Source: Chiloscyllium plagiosum
Taxonomy: Eukaryota
Direction: 5' to 3'
DNA: 64,000 bases
Assembly: GCF_004010195.1 (NCBI RefSeq)
Contig: NC_057719.1
Span: 78,911,678-78,975,677, forward strand
This document shows, one piece after another, positions 25,481 to 37,101 of this stretch. The number at the start of each line of letters is the position of its first letter. Position 1 is the stretch's first letter. The notes under the pieces are model-generated. The model did not search any database, was not told the origin of the DNA, and worked only from the letters and a program-made list of their open reading frames with translations. Both the position numbers and the translations under genes were made by a program.

Positions 25481-26399
25481 TTTGTCTGTACAGGTCCTTG
25501 ACTCCCTGACTGTCACTGCCTCCTCACCTCTCTCTCCTTTCAATCACTCCTTGAAACTTATTCCTGCCCTAATATCACTTCTTGCAAATTGGTGTCAAAT
25601 TACATCTGGTATTGCTCCGCGTTATGATGTAGGGCATTTTACTACAAAAAAAAGATGTTAGGTAATTCAAGTTCTTGCTATTAAAACATAAAGTAGTAGC
25701 AGGAGTAGGCCATTCAGCCCTTCAAGCCTGCTCCACCATTCAATAAATCATGGCTGATGCTCTGTCCCAATGCCATATTTTTGGTTCCCCTTTGTGTCTT
25801 TAATGCCTGGAAATTTATCTCTCTCCTTAATATATTCAGTGCTCTGGTCTTCAAAGCCTTCTGTGGTAAAGAATTCTACAGGTTCGTTCCCCTTTGAGTG
25901 AAGGTATCTTGACTCATCTCAGTCCCTACATAGCCAAGGCAGCAGATGCAGGACTAGCTGGAAATAGCCCCTGAGTTCGGGAGACAATAAAACTATCAGC
26001 ATTGTTAATTCTGACCACCATTTAGAACTCCTATTGAAAAAGGGCCATGGGAAATTCAACAGAATGGAACTTTTCTTGGCTGTGCGGGTGAAAATTCAAC
26101 ACTGTCTGTGTGAGGTTGTGTAGTAAAGTAGCTATTTGGCCTAGGCATACCAGAAACCAGCTGCGGAAGGTGAATTGTATGGTCAGACACAGGAAAAGAA
26201 AGGAACTCTAAAAGAAACCAAAGCAAAAGCTTTGTCTTGCTTTGAAGGAATCCACATGGTTCCACCTCAAAAATCCGACTTATTTGTGCGTTGTCAAATC
26301 ATCCACATTTGTATGAAAGATGGGGAATGTTAGCTGTGGCCCAGTTGGTCATATTCTTAGCTGAGAGTCAATACGAAATAAACCATACTTGACCGCAGG

Positions 26400-27020
26400 A
26401 TCAACTCTGAATAAACCTAACTCTCCACATTATTAAATACTGTACTGACAAGAGCAGGTCAGAGGCTGGGAAATTTATAGCACATATCTCAACTCCCGAT
26501 TCCGCAGAGTCTACAAGGCACAAGTCAGGGGTGAGTGTGATGGAATATGCTCCACTTTCCTCGAGGGATACAGTTCCAACAATACTCAAGAAGGATGCAT
26601 CAGCTACAATAAAGCAGGCCAAAGGTCAATGAGGTCAAAGTGCAACCCAACCATCACTTCAATACTCAGTTCTTTCACTATCGGCACATTATCTACCATT
26701 TACAACACGCAACACATCTTCTTCATCATGATCTTCCAAATATAACACCACTACCACCAAGAAGGGCAAAGGCAGCAAATGTGTGGAAACTGTAAATTCT
26801 CCTCTTGTTCATACACCATTTGGCACTATATTACCATTCCTGCATTGCAGTCAGCTCAAACTCCTAGAACTCTCTTCCTAAGAGCATTCTGCACGGATCT
26901 GCTTCTCACTGACTGCAATGGTTTAAGAAGGTAATTCATCGTATTTCTCAAGGGCCATTAATGGTGGTCAATAAATCCTGCTTTGTCAGGAGCACTCACA
27001 TTCCACAAGATAATCAAAAA
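26400..27020 (+). mobile_element. Degenerate LINE 3' end (CR1/L2-group family)
   Basis: TACAAGGCACAAGTCAGGGGTGAGTGTGATGGAATATGCTCCAC (YKAQVR..MEYAP-like); tail GTCAATAAATCCTG...CACATTCC followed by an A-run. Confidence 0.6.
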
Positions 27021-28731
27021 AAAGCTCAACGCATAGTTCAGTGATCTTTCAAGTTTCAATACCGTCTGGAAGGCCAAAGAGTAAATGTGGCTGCATTGAG
27101 CCACTTCCCGCTGGCAGATATACCACTGGTGGTGCTGACACTGGAAGAGTCTGTAATGGTTTTAAATTTTCTGGACACACTTCCAGTCACAGCTGACAAC
27201 ATCAGACTTTGGGCACAGAAATATCCTGTTCTAACAAAACTGGAACATTTGGGTGGTGCTGGGGGGAATCCACAGGGCTGTTACAACCTGAAATCCTTTT
27301 GGACCTGGAGAGACCAGATCAATGCAGAGGATGGCATATTATTATGGGAGCAAGAGTGATCATGCCATGCAAAGATCGTCACCAGATATTGGCTGAGCTC
27401 CATTAGGTTCATCTAGGGGTTTCCAAAATGACGATGTTGGCAAGACATTACGTCAGGTGGCCAGCTTGGATAACAACATAGCTGAATTGGTGAGGCAGTG
27501 CCGAGAGTGCCAGCATGGACAAAAATTATTGCCAGCAGCTCCCCCACATTTGTGAAAATGACTGGGTAAACATTGGACTCAGTTACACATCGATGATGAA
27601 GGCACTTTTATGGGTTCAATGTTCTTAGTCATTGTGGACACCCACTCAAAATGGCCGGATATGCATAGAGTTGGTCAAATGCCAGGATGCTAGAAAAGCT
27701 GCATACATCTTTTGCAATATATGGACTTCCAGAAGTGGTGGTCACAGGTAACAGGCATTTACCAGCAGGAAATTTGAGAATTTCCTAAAGTTGAATGGTA
27801 TTGATCAGTAAGGACAGCTCCATACTATCCATCATCCAATGGTCTGGCAGAAAAAAAGCAGTGCAAACTTTTGAAGGCAGGCTTAAAGAAACAGCCTACA
27901 ACTTCACTAGGTACCAAGTTGTCCTGCTTCCTACTTGATTATAGGACCAACCCTCATGCAACTACAGGGATAGCTCCAGCAGAGTTGCTAATGAGTGATC
28001 CTGCACCAGGTTAAATCTGATCTTCCTGAACCTGGGGGAGAGAGTGAAATGGCATCAGAAACATCAAAGCTGGAAACAAAACTTGCTAAGTGAGAGATAT
28101 GGTTTAATTTAGGGGACAGAATTTATGTGTAGGAACCACAGGAATGGCCCTGCATGGGTAAGAGGCATGGTCGATGTGAGGTCAGGTCCTGTTATGTATG
28201 AAGTTCGGGTAAGTCCGATGGTCCTGAACATGCACATGAATCATATGAAACTCACAAATGGTGCGAGAGCAAAACATGCTTGGCTCCTCGACAGCCTTTC
28301 TGACTGTTCCAGACCCCGTGGATTCTCTCTCGCTGTCATGTGTTGAAGATACCTCAGAATCTGAGATGGACATGGTGAAAGTTGCTGCCTTGACACTACT
28401 GCTGCCTGAAGAGGAGAATGAATTCCTTCCCAAATGCTCTGGGCATAACAGGAGAACTACTGTACTGGGGATTCCTGAAGAAGGGCTAATGCCCGAAACG
28501 TCGATTCTCCTGTTCCCTAGATGCTGCCTGACCTGCTGCGCTTTTCCAGCAACACATTTCCATCTCTGATCTCCAGCATCTGCAGACCTCACTTTCTCCT
28601 CAACTACTGTGCATAACACTCCGCCCGTATCAGATGCAGAGGTTGAGGAATCTGAGCTGGTGTTAAAACACCCCAGGAGGAGCTACAAAATAAAGTCCCG
28701 GCCTAGGTCCTCAGACTCAGACAGGGAGGGA
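27020..28731 (+). mobile_element. Degenerate Gypsy internal region (RNase H end, integrase) ending in a polypurine tract
   Basis: DGILLWG.RV, H.G..KM..LAR.YV.W, AELVRQCRECQ zinc finger, FLVIVDTHSKW, TAPYYPSSNGLAE, YRTNPHATTGIAPAELL; many stops; PPT AGACAGGGAGGGA directly before TGTAGTG. Confidence 0.85.
28467..28601 (+). mobile_element. Penelope pseudo-LTR insertion with hammerhead core (28475-28502) and ~11-bp target site duplication
   Basis: CTGAAGAAGGGCTAATGCCCGAAACGTC; flanked by AACTACTGTAC (28455) and AACTACTGTGC (28602). Confidence 0.8.
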
Positions 28732-29997
28732 TGTAGTGATTGGAATGAGGTCAGCCAGGTGAACTTCATAGAATTTGAGTTCCCTGATTGGGGCTGTTAG
28801 TCTGGTCCAATCAGGGAGCCCGGGCTGACAGATAAAAACAGGAGTGATCAGGGAGAGGTGGACACCGCAGGGAGTGGCGTGCATTATTTCCCCCTCCAAC
28901 TCTATTTCTATGTAATTCCTGCCCTCCCCTTCACTGTTTTGATCACACAGCATTGTCCTTTTATGGGAAGGGCAGTGTTTGTCACTGGCCACCCGGGTGT
29001 TTTCCTATCTTCCTGGTGGTGGAATTTGAATAAAGATTCGTGCACTTTGTGTCTTTCACTGTGTCTCACCCCTGCACAGACACACCATGGGTGCTGGGGA
29101 AAAAAATAAGCACTACCGCACTTAGGTGGTAGTGTGGGGGTTAAATTCAAGAAAAAAAAAGAGAAAGAAAAAAAAAACAGGAGTGATCAGGGAGAGGTGG
29201 ACACCGCAGGGAGTGGAGTGCATTATTTCCCCCTCCAACTCTATTTCTATGTAATCCCTGCCCTCCCCTTCACAGTTTTGATCACAGAGCATTGTCCTTT
29301 TATGGGAAGGGCAGTGTTTGTCACTGGCCACTCGGGTGTTTTCCTATCTTCCTGGTGGTGGAAATTGAATAAAGATTCATTCACTTTCTGTCTTTCACTG
29401 TGTCTCACACCTGCACACACACACACCATGGGTGCTGGGGAAAATATAAGCACTACCGCACTTAGGTGGTAGTGTAGGGGTTAAATAAAAAAAAAGAAAA
29501 AAATAAACAGGAGGCTTCACAAAATAAAAAAAAAACAGGAGTGATCAGGGAGAGGTGGACACCACAGGGAGTGGAGTGCATTATTTCCCCCTCCAACTCT
29601 ATTTCTCTGTCATCCCTGCCCTCCCCTTCACTGTTTGATCACACAGCATTGCCCTTGATGTGTAGGGCACTGCTTGTCACAGGCCACTCGTGTCTTTCCT
29701 TTCTTCCTGATGGTGGAAAATTGAATAAAGATTCATGCACCTTGTGTCTTTCACTGTGTCTCACACCTGCACACACACAAACTTGGATGCTGGGGAAAAA
29801 TAAGCACTACCGCAGTTAGGCGGAGGTGTGGGGGGGTAAAAAGGGAAAAAGAAAGAAAAAAGAAAAAAAAGAAAAAAAAGGAGTGCCAGACATCCTGTTC
29901 ACTCTGCAAGCTGGCTCTGAGGGAGATGTAAGGACTCCCCACGTGTAAATAAAGGGTGAATTAGTGTTGGGCTATCGGCCTCTGTGAAGTTATTTCC
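28732..29997 (+). mobile_element. Gypsy 3' LTR (~227 bp when empty) interrupted by stacked Tx1 3'-end copies
   Basis: Starts TGTAGTG after the PPT; CCAAT boxes (CTGATTGG, CCAATCAG) and GATAAAAACAGGAGTG; resumes at 29886 (CCAGACATCCTG...AATAAAGGG...GTTATTTC). Confidence 0.85.
28847..29878 (+). mobile_element. Three tandem ~330-bp Tx1 3'-end copies (starts 28847, 29186, 29544) plus a micro-insert at ~29514-29533
   Basis: Each aligns to the reverse complement of ~6470-6695 (last ORF2 codons plus 3'UTR), ends in an A-rich tail and is separated from the next by AAAAACAGGAGTG. Confidence 0.9.
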
Positions 29998-31644
29998 GTT
30001 TCTATCAGAATCATTCAGAACTGTCCATATTTAGCACCTTTTACACCATGTTTGCACTCAATAAAGCACATCAATGTTGTCACTGCTGTGGTCAAGAAAA
30101 TGTAATCATAAATTTGCGCACAGCAAAACTCTCTTCAACAGCAATGTGAAAATAGTCTAATAATTTGTTTTAGTAACAGCAAAGTTCTGAAGCAAATCCT
30201 TAAAAGAAGTCACATCGGACCTGAAACATTAATTTTGTTTCTTTTTCCATAGATGCTGCCAGATCTGATGAATTTTGTATTCTTAATTTGTTCTAGTGAT
30301 TTTAGTGGAAGGATAAGTATTGACCAAAACACCAGAAATAACTCCCCAGCTCTTTCAAAGAAACGATATTGCGAGTTCTCTAACCTCCACATCGGATGGA
30401 TGGAGGCTTTAACACATGATTCAAAAGACAGAACCTCAAGACAGCGCAGCACTCCCTCAGTACTGTGCCAGGAGCATCAGTCTAGTTCCCACAAACTTCT
30501 TACTCAAGGAATGCTGGGCAATTTTTGTTCCATCCAACACCCAAGCAAACTGGAATCACAAAGAGTTATGTCCATATTTTTTAAAAAACCCATTGACATT
30601 ATACAGCTGTACAGACATGGCACCACAGACATATTGGTAAATGTTGCCAAGAACAATTATCTAATAACTCAACTCAAGTCTTCATCATCTCCTTCATTTA
30701 TGGCAATTTCAGCAGATGACATGACCATCACCCTAACCATCTGGAGAGATGTGAAGGACATTTCTCAAGTAACCTGAACTCACTGCAGGATGATCCAAGA
30801 AAGAAGAAAGATTCACAGGAGCTTCCAAATGACTATTTGCACTGAGAGGTCTCCTTAAGAAAGGCAGAATAAACACAGAAATGGAATGCTTAGAAGAATG
30901 GCTATGCGAACAGCCCTTGCTTTGGCTGACTGAAAGAAAGCACATAATTAGAAACATTGAACACTAGTCTCCTTAATGCTTTCCATTGAAGAATTAGCAG
31001 ACAAGTTGATGGTCATAGTCATTCCTTGATAGTAATAAATGAGAATGAATTGTTTGATTTCCTGTACAAAATAGCACAGTGGTTTCAAAGCCGAATGTTT
31101 ACACTGAAAGCTTAGAAAGGGTCCACTGGGGTTTTCTCAGTTCCCTTGAAGTACCCACCCCATGAAGAATGAACTGTCACACAATACATGCTGACTATAT
31201 CAGTCTAGTACATGAGAAAATCCCAGAACCTGTTTGAGATTTTACAGAAAACAAAGAACTCCATGTATATAGCACCATCCATTGCCACAGGATATTGCAA
31301 AGATTTTTATTTCAATCAGCAAAATGCTTTAGAAGTATCATCATGGTTGCAATTCAGTAAACATGCCTGATAATTTGCATACATCAAACTCTCACAAGCA
31401 GCATTATGATAATAATTAGGCCACCTTTGTTAGTGATATTGAGGGATAAATATTGGTCAGGTCATCAGGGAGAACTGCTCTTATTTCAATTGTCCAATAG
31501 TTTAATAGTCCAATAGTCCTCTGCAGGAGGCTGGTGAGGTGATGGTCATTATTCTGCAGAATAAAGGGAGTGCGTGGGAAAGAGGAGAAAGGAAGGACAA
31601 GTGGAATAGATGAGAAAGGTAGCCAGGGTAAAAGGCAAAGAGAG

Positions 31645-31780
31645 TGTCATAGTCATAGAGTCATAGAGATGTCCAGCACAGAAACAGACCCTTCGGTCCA
31701 ACTCGTCCATGCTGACCAGATATCCCGACCCAATCTAGTCCCATTTGCCAGAACTTGGCCCATATCCCTCTAAACCCTTT
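31645..31780 (-). mobile_element. Short CR1 3'-tail insertion
   Basis: CATAGAGTCATAGAG repeats, then GACCCTTCGGTCCAAC...CCCATATCCCTCTAAACCCTT; same tail as 52525-52700. Confidence 0.7.
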
Positions 31781-32800
31781 GGAGTGCTAATTGTATAGAA
31801 AGGAGGCATTAATGAGGTAAATGGAGGACAGAGTTCATGGTCTAAAGTTGTTGAATTCAACTGATGAATCCAGAAAACTATAAAATGTTTAACTAGAAAG
31901 CAAAGTGCTGGTCTGCCAGCTTGCATTGGATTCCTCTGGAACATGGCAGCAAACTGCGGGCAGAGATACTCGCAGGAGAGAAAGACAGCGTGTCAAAATG
32001 GCAACAAGCAGAAAATTGGGGTCATGTTAGCAGACATATTCCGCAAAGCAGTCACTCATTCTGCCTTTGGTCTCATCAACATAGAGGAGACTGAACCTTT
32101 AGCAGCGGATTCAGTGGACTAGAGTGAAAGAAGTAAATCACAGCTTCACCTGAAAGTTTTGTTTTGGGGTTTGGTCAGTGACTAAAAGGGAAAGTGTGGT
32201 ATCTTCTGTGATTGCATGGGAAGGTGGCATGCCAGGGAGGGTAAACAGGTGATGGGCAGAATAGAGGAATGGACGAGGGTACCGCGGAGTCAACAATCCA
32301 TGTGAAATACAATCGGGTGAGGGAAAGGTGTGCTTGCTGGGGATAACTTACTGAATATGACGGAAATGATGAAGGATGATCCATTCAGTGTGGAGAAATT
32401 GGTGAGGTGGAAAGTGAGGATAAGGGGAAGTCTCTCATTGTTCTGGTAGTAGGAAGGGAAAGGGATGAGATCAAAAGAGTGGGAAATATCTTGGACATAG
32501 CTGAGGGGCTATTAACCATGGGGGGAGCTGAAGGTATGTCAGAATCATCCTTGTGAATGGTAGCATTCTGTCTGAACAGAAGCGATGGAGACAGAGAAAC
32601 TGGGAGAATGGAATGAAGTCCTTAAAGGGTGCAGGGTGCAAGGAATTAAATGTGGGAGGCGGGGTTTGCAGTGGATACTAATGGACAACCTAGCATGAGA
32701 AATGAAAACAGAAGTCAAGGAATGGAAGAGTCAAAGATGGACCAGATGAAGATGAAAGCAGGATGGAAATTGGAAACAAAATTGATATTCATCCAAAATT
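31780..32800 (-). mobile_element. Degenerate Penelope-like element (RT C-terminus/GIY-YIG) fragment
   Basis: Colinear similarity to 46860-47770 (TFPCNHRR; GGAGACT...GCAGCGGAT.CAGT motif). Confidence 0.5.
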
Positions 32801-32934
32801 TTTCAATGTTCTGCCCAAAAGACAGCATTTTCCACCCATGCAACACTGTCTCAAGCATGCACAAGAGTATCAGCCTGGAGGTTGTGCTCAGGTCTCTGGA
32901 ATGAGTCCCTTATCAGTGAAAATGCTACCAACTG

Positions 32935-34055
32935 ATGATAAGGATGCATGGTGTTAGGGGTAAAGTATTAGCATAGACCGAGGATTGGTTGACTAACAGG
33001 AAGCAAAGAGTGGGGATAAATGCGTGCTATTCTGGCTGGCAATCAGTGACTAGCGGTATGCCTCAGGGACCGGTATTGGCACCACAATTAATTACAAATT
33101 AGATAGATGATTTGGAGTTGGGACTACATGTACAGTGTCGAAGTTTGCTGATGACACTAGGATGAGTGACAGAGCAAAGCATGCAGAGGACTGGGAAACT
33201 TTGCAGAGGAACATAGATACATTGAGTGAGTGGGCAAAGATCTGGCAGATGGAATACAATATAAATAAATGTGAAGTCAGACGTTTTGATAGGAGTAAGA
33301 GTAAAAAGGATTATTACTTGAATGGCAAAACGTTGCAGCATGCTTCTATGCAGAGGGACTTGGGTGTCCTTGTGCATGAATCACAGAAGGTTCAACAAGT
33401 AATTAGGAAGGGAAATAGAATTTTGTCCTTCATTTTTAAAGAGGTTGAGTTCAAAAGCAGACAGGTTACGTTGCAGCTGTGCAAGGTGCTAGTGAGGCCA
33501 CACTTGGTGTACTGTGTGCAGTTTTGGTCTCCTCACCTGAGAAATATGTACTTGCACTGGCGGGGGTGCACAGGAGGTTCACTGGGTTATTCCAGAGGGG
33601 GTTGGTTTATGAGGAGAGACTGAGTAGATTGGGATTATATTCATTGGCATTCAGAAGATTGAGGGGGGAATCTTATAGAAACATGAAATTATGAAGGGAA
33701 TAGATAAGACAGAAGTAGGGAGAATGTTTCCACTGGCAGGTGTAACTAGGACAAGAGGGCATAGCCTCAAAATTAGAGGGAGCAGATTTTGGACTGAATT
33801 GAGAAGGAACTTCTTCACCCAGGAAGTTGTAAACCTATGGAATTCCTTGCCCAGGGAAGTAGTTGATGCTACTTCAGTAAACATTTTTAAAGGTAAGGTA
33901 GAGTTTTATTTAACAATAAAGGAATTAAGAGACATGGTGAGAGGCCGGGTTAGTGAATCTGAGTCCATGAAAAGTTCAGCCATGATCTTATCGAATGGTG
34001 GGGCAGGCTCAAAAGGCCGGAGGGCCTACTCCTGCTCTGAGTTCTTATGGTCTTA
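32935..34055 (+). mobile_element. CR1 LINE 3' fragment
   Basis: SKFADDTRM...WQMEYNINKCEV...LVRPHLVYCVQFWSP...RTRGHSLKIRG...FFTQEVVNLWNSLP; tail TTCTTATGGTCTTA. Confidence 0.9.
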
Positions 34056-36044
34056 AGTTCTTTTGCAACTGAGCTCGACAGGCAGGAGGCTGGAAGAACA
34101 CAGCAAGCTAGGCAGTATCAGGAGGTGGAGAAGTCGATGTTTCAGGAAACATTGACCTCTCCACCTCCTGATGCTGCCCGGCTTGCTGTATTCTTCCAGC
34201 ATCTTGCCTGTCTACTTTGGATTTCACCATCTGCAGTTTTTTTTTGTCTCTAACCAACTTAGATACAGCTGACACCTCCCAGTGGAACACAAAAATGATC
34301 TCATTTTAACACTCTCAAGCTGCGTGGAGTCGTCCATAGAGGCCTGTGCAACAGGAACCCTTCCGACATCTATAAACACCCCCACAGCACACACAAAAAT
34401 AAATTAGGCATTGAGATCACACCATTCACTCATTCAAATTACCCTCAGGAACAGTGACATAACCCAGTGGCAAACATAGACAAGCTACAGCAGTCACAAC
34501 TTGCCAGGGCCTAGCTAGACTTTGGCTGCACACAGGCCCCATTGGCACTCTAAGGCTTCCAGTGCTGTTATACCAGTCTAGGTACAACACGCTAACCCAC
34601 TTTGTGAACTTTAATTCCTTGTGTGTTATTTTTAGTCGGACATGAAGCAAATTGCAATCTGCACATCCCAGAGTTTCTGCTGTGAGCTAATTGGCATTCT
34701 CTATAATCAAGCACAGATATAATTAAACCCTTCTGTATCACTGCATGATCCCACCAATGTTATGCAAGTATTGACTCCATATTGATAAGTCTCTTATAAA
34801 CTATTACAAAACGTTGAAAAGGCAGACCTTGTATTTATAAAACATATTTCGTAACCACTCCCTCCCAAAAGCCATTCTGGCAAGGATGCATTTTTGAAAT
34901 ATTGTTGGCAATGTGGCAATCGATTGCACACTAGATGGGAGAAATAAATGGCATCTTCACAGGAAGATCCGTAATTCAGGTATGAGTTTTATTAAAAAGG
35001 TATTCATATTCAAAGGATGGGTAATGATAGGGTCTGGCATGGGTGGTTTTCAGCATTTTCCTTCATACCTCTCTCTATACTTAGCACCACCACAAAACGG
35101 ATACAGGAAGCAAAACCACACTCATTAGATTTTTTTTAGAATGACATTTAACATTCTGACACTGGCTTTTCATTTCAGGACAGAAATCAAAACCACAAAC
35201 TGCCACAGTGGGTTTTGAACTCCTTGGGATTATTAAGTCCAACCATGGAATCTGGAAACCCAAAAACAGAAGGAAAATACCGCAGGTGCTGGGACTCGGA
35301 AATACAAACAGACAGTGCTGGAGAGAGAGAGAGAGAGACAAGCAGTGTTAATGTTTTGAGTCCAGTGACCCTTCTAAACTCAAGTCTTGCCAATAAACCC
35401 TTGTTTTGAATTATATGATTTCAGTCTGGCAGTCCCTGTCACTCAGAAAGAGGACTGAGTAAAAACAAGCTCTTGAGTGAGATTCAATTTGGTCAGGTAA
35501 GAGTTCTTGAAAGGAAACCTTTTTGCCCAACACGAGTAAACCACTGAGGATAATGACAGCATCCACTTCAGAGATCAGAGCCTGCCACATACCAGTCCTT
35601 GGGAGATTGTAATGAGTTATTTTTAAGTTTATTTAGCATATGCATCATATTTAATTAATCTTCATATGGCTTTAGAGCTAAACTTCTACTCAGACAATTG
35701 CTTCAAGGATCGGTCAGCAGGTTGTCATCAGGCTGAGAAAGGTCTTATGTTCAGGTCTGGTGCTGGAGACATGTTTTCTCAGAGAGTACTGGGCTGCCTC
35801 GTGTCGGCTGCTATGGAAGCTCTCTTCAGAAAAGAATGGCTGAGCCATTTTTATAATATCCAATAAATTCAAGATTTTAAGTCAATTAGGTAGTGCAGGA
35901 TGTTCTAGTTGGAAAGCAGAAATCAAATGCTATTCCACAATGAAAAGACATACACAAATAAAACCATAGGATCTGTGTATCCATTTTAATAACTCTTTCA
36001 CTCACTGCATGGAACATGGGATATCGTTGCTTTAACTCAGCATT

Positions 36045-36600
36045 ATTGAGTTATGGATTCGTGCAACATGGAACCATACTCTTCAGTCCAACCAGTCCAC
36101 GCCGACCATAATCCCAAACGAAACTCGTCCCACCTGCCTACACTTAGCCCATATCCTTCCAAACCTTTCTTGTTCATGTACTTACCTAAATGCCTTTTAA
36201 ATGTTGCAACTGTACCCACATCCACCATTTCCTCTGGAAGTCCATTCCATATACAAACCACTCTCTGTGTTTAAAAAAAAACTGCTCCCCCCACTCCCCA
36301 CAAGTCTTTTTAAAAATCTTTCTCCTCTCACCTTAAATATATGCCCCTAGTCTTGAAATCCCCCCACAATGGGGAAAAGACATCTGTCATTCACCTTATC
36401 TATACTCCTCATTATTTTATAAACCTCTGTAAGATCGCCTCTCAACCTCCTATGCTGCAGCCTATCCAGCCTCTCCTTATAACTCAAACTCTCCATTCCC
36501 AGCAACATCCTGGGCTGAACCCTCTCCAGCTTATAATATCCTTCTCCATAAAAGGAGACCAGAACTGGACACTAAACTCCAGAAGAGGCCTCCCCCATGT
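36045..36600 (-). mobile_element. CR1 LINE 3' fragment
   Basis: VCIWNGLPEEMVDVGTVATFKRHLGKYMN and a CR1 3'UTR. Confidence 0.85.
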
Positions 36601-36798
36601 TAACTAATTTATTAATCTAATAATTAATTTACCATTTTTTATTATTGTATAATAAAAGAAAGAGCTTGCATTTACCTAGCATGGCAGCCAATGAAGTGGT
36701 TTGAAGGCCAGACATTGTAGTAAAGTAGGAAACATGACACATAGTAAACTTCCACAAACTGCAGTATGTTAATGCCTATATTATCTATTTTAATGGAG

Positions 36799-37101
36799 TG
36801 GCACGGTGGCTCAGTGGTTAGCACTGCTACCTCACAGCACCAGGGTCCCAGGTTCGATTCCAGCCTTGGGTGACTGTCTGTGTGGAGTTTGCACATTCTC
36901 CCCGTGACTGCGTGGGTTTCTTCTGGGTGCTCCGGTTTCCTCCCACAGTCCAAAGATGTGCAGCTCAGGTGAATTGCCCATAGTGTTAGGTGTATTAGTC
37001 AGAGGGAAATGGGTCTGTGTGGGTTACTCTTCGGAGGGCCGGTGCGGACTTGGGCCGAAGGACCTGTTTCCACACTGTAAGGAATCTAATCTAAATCTAA
37101 A
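36799..37101 (+). mobile_element. Full-length V-SINE (HE1-like)
   Basis: A box TGGCTCAGTGG, B box GGTTCGATTCC, V domain GTGTGGAGTTTGCACATTCTCCCCGTG...GGTTTCCTCCCACAGTCCAAAGATGTGCAG, (ATCTA)n tail. Confidence 0.9.

Noticed and set aside
29110..29145. TGGTAGTGTGGGGG resembling the U1 snRNA 3' region
   Set aside because: Match is too short, with no Sm site or other U1 sequence.
30253..30777. 174-aa plus-strand ORF
   Set aside because: Overlaps Penelope and Deu-SINE remnants, has no recognisable domain and is antisense within an FBLN7 intron.
36800..36875. tRNA gene calls at SINE heads (also ~3330, 12170, 25410, 40810)
   Set aside because: A/B boxes run directly into SINE bodies; these are tRNA-derived SINE heads, not tRNA genes.
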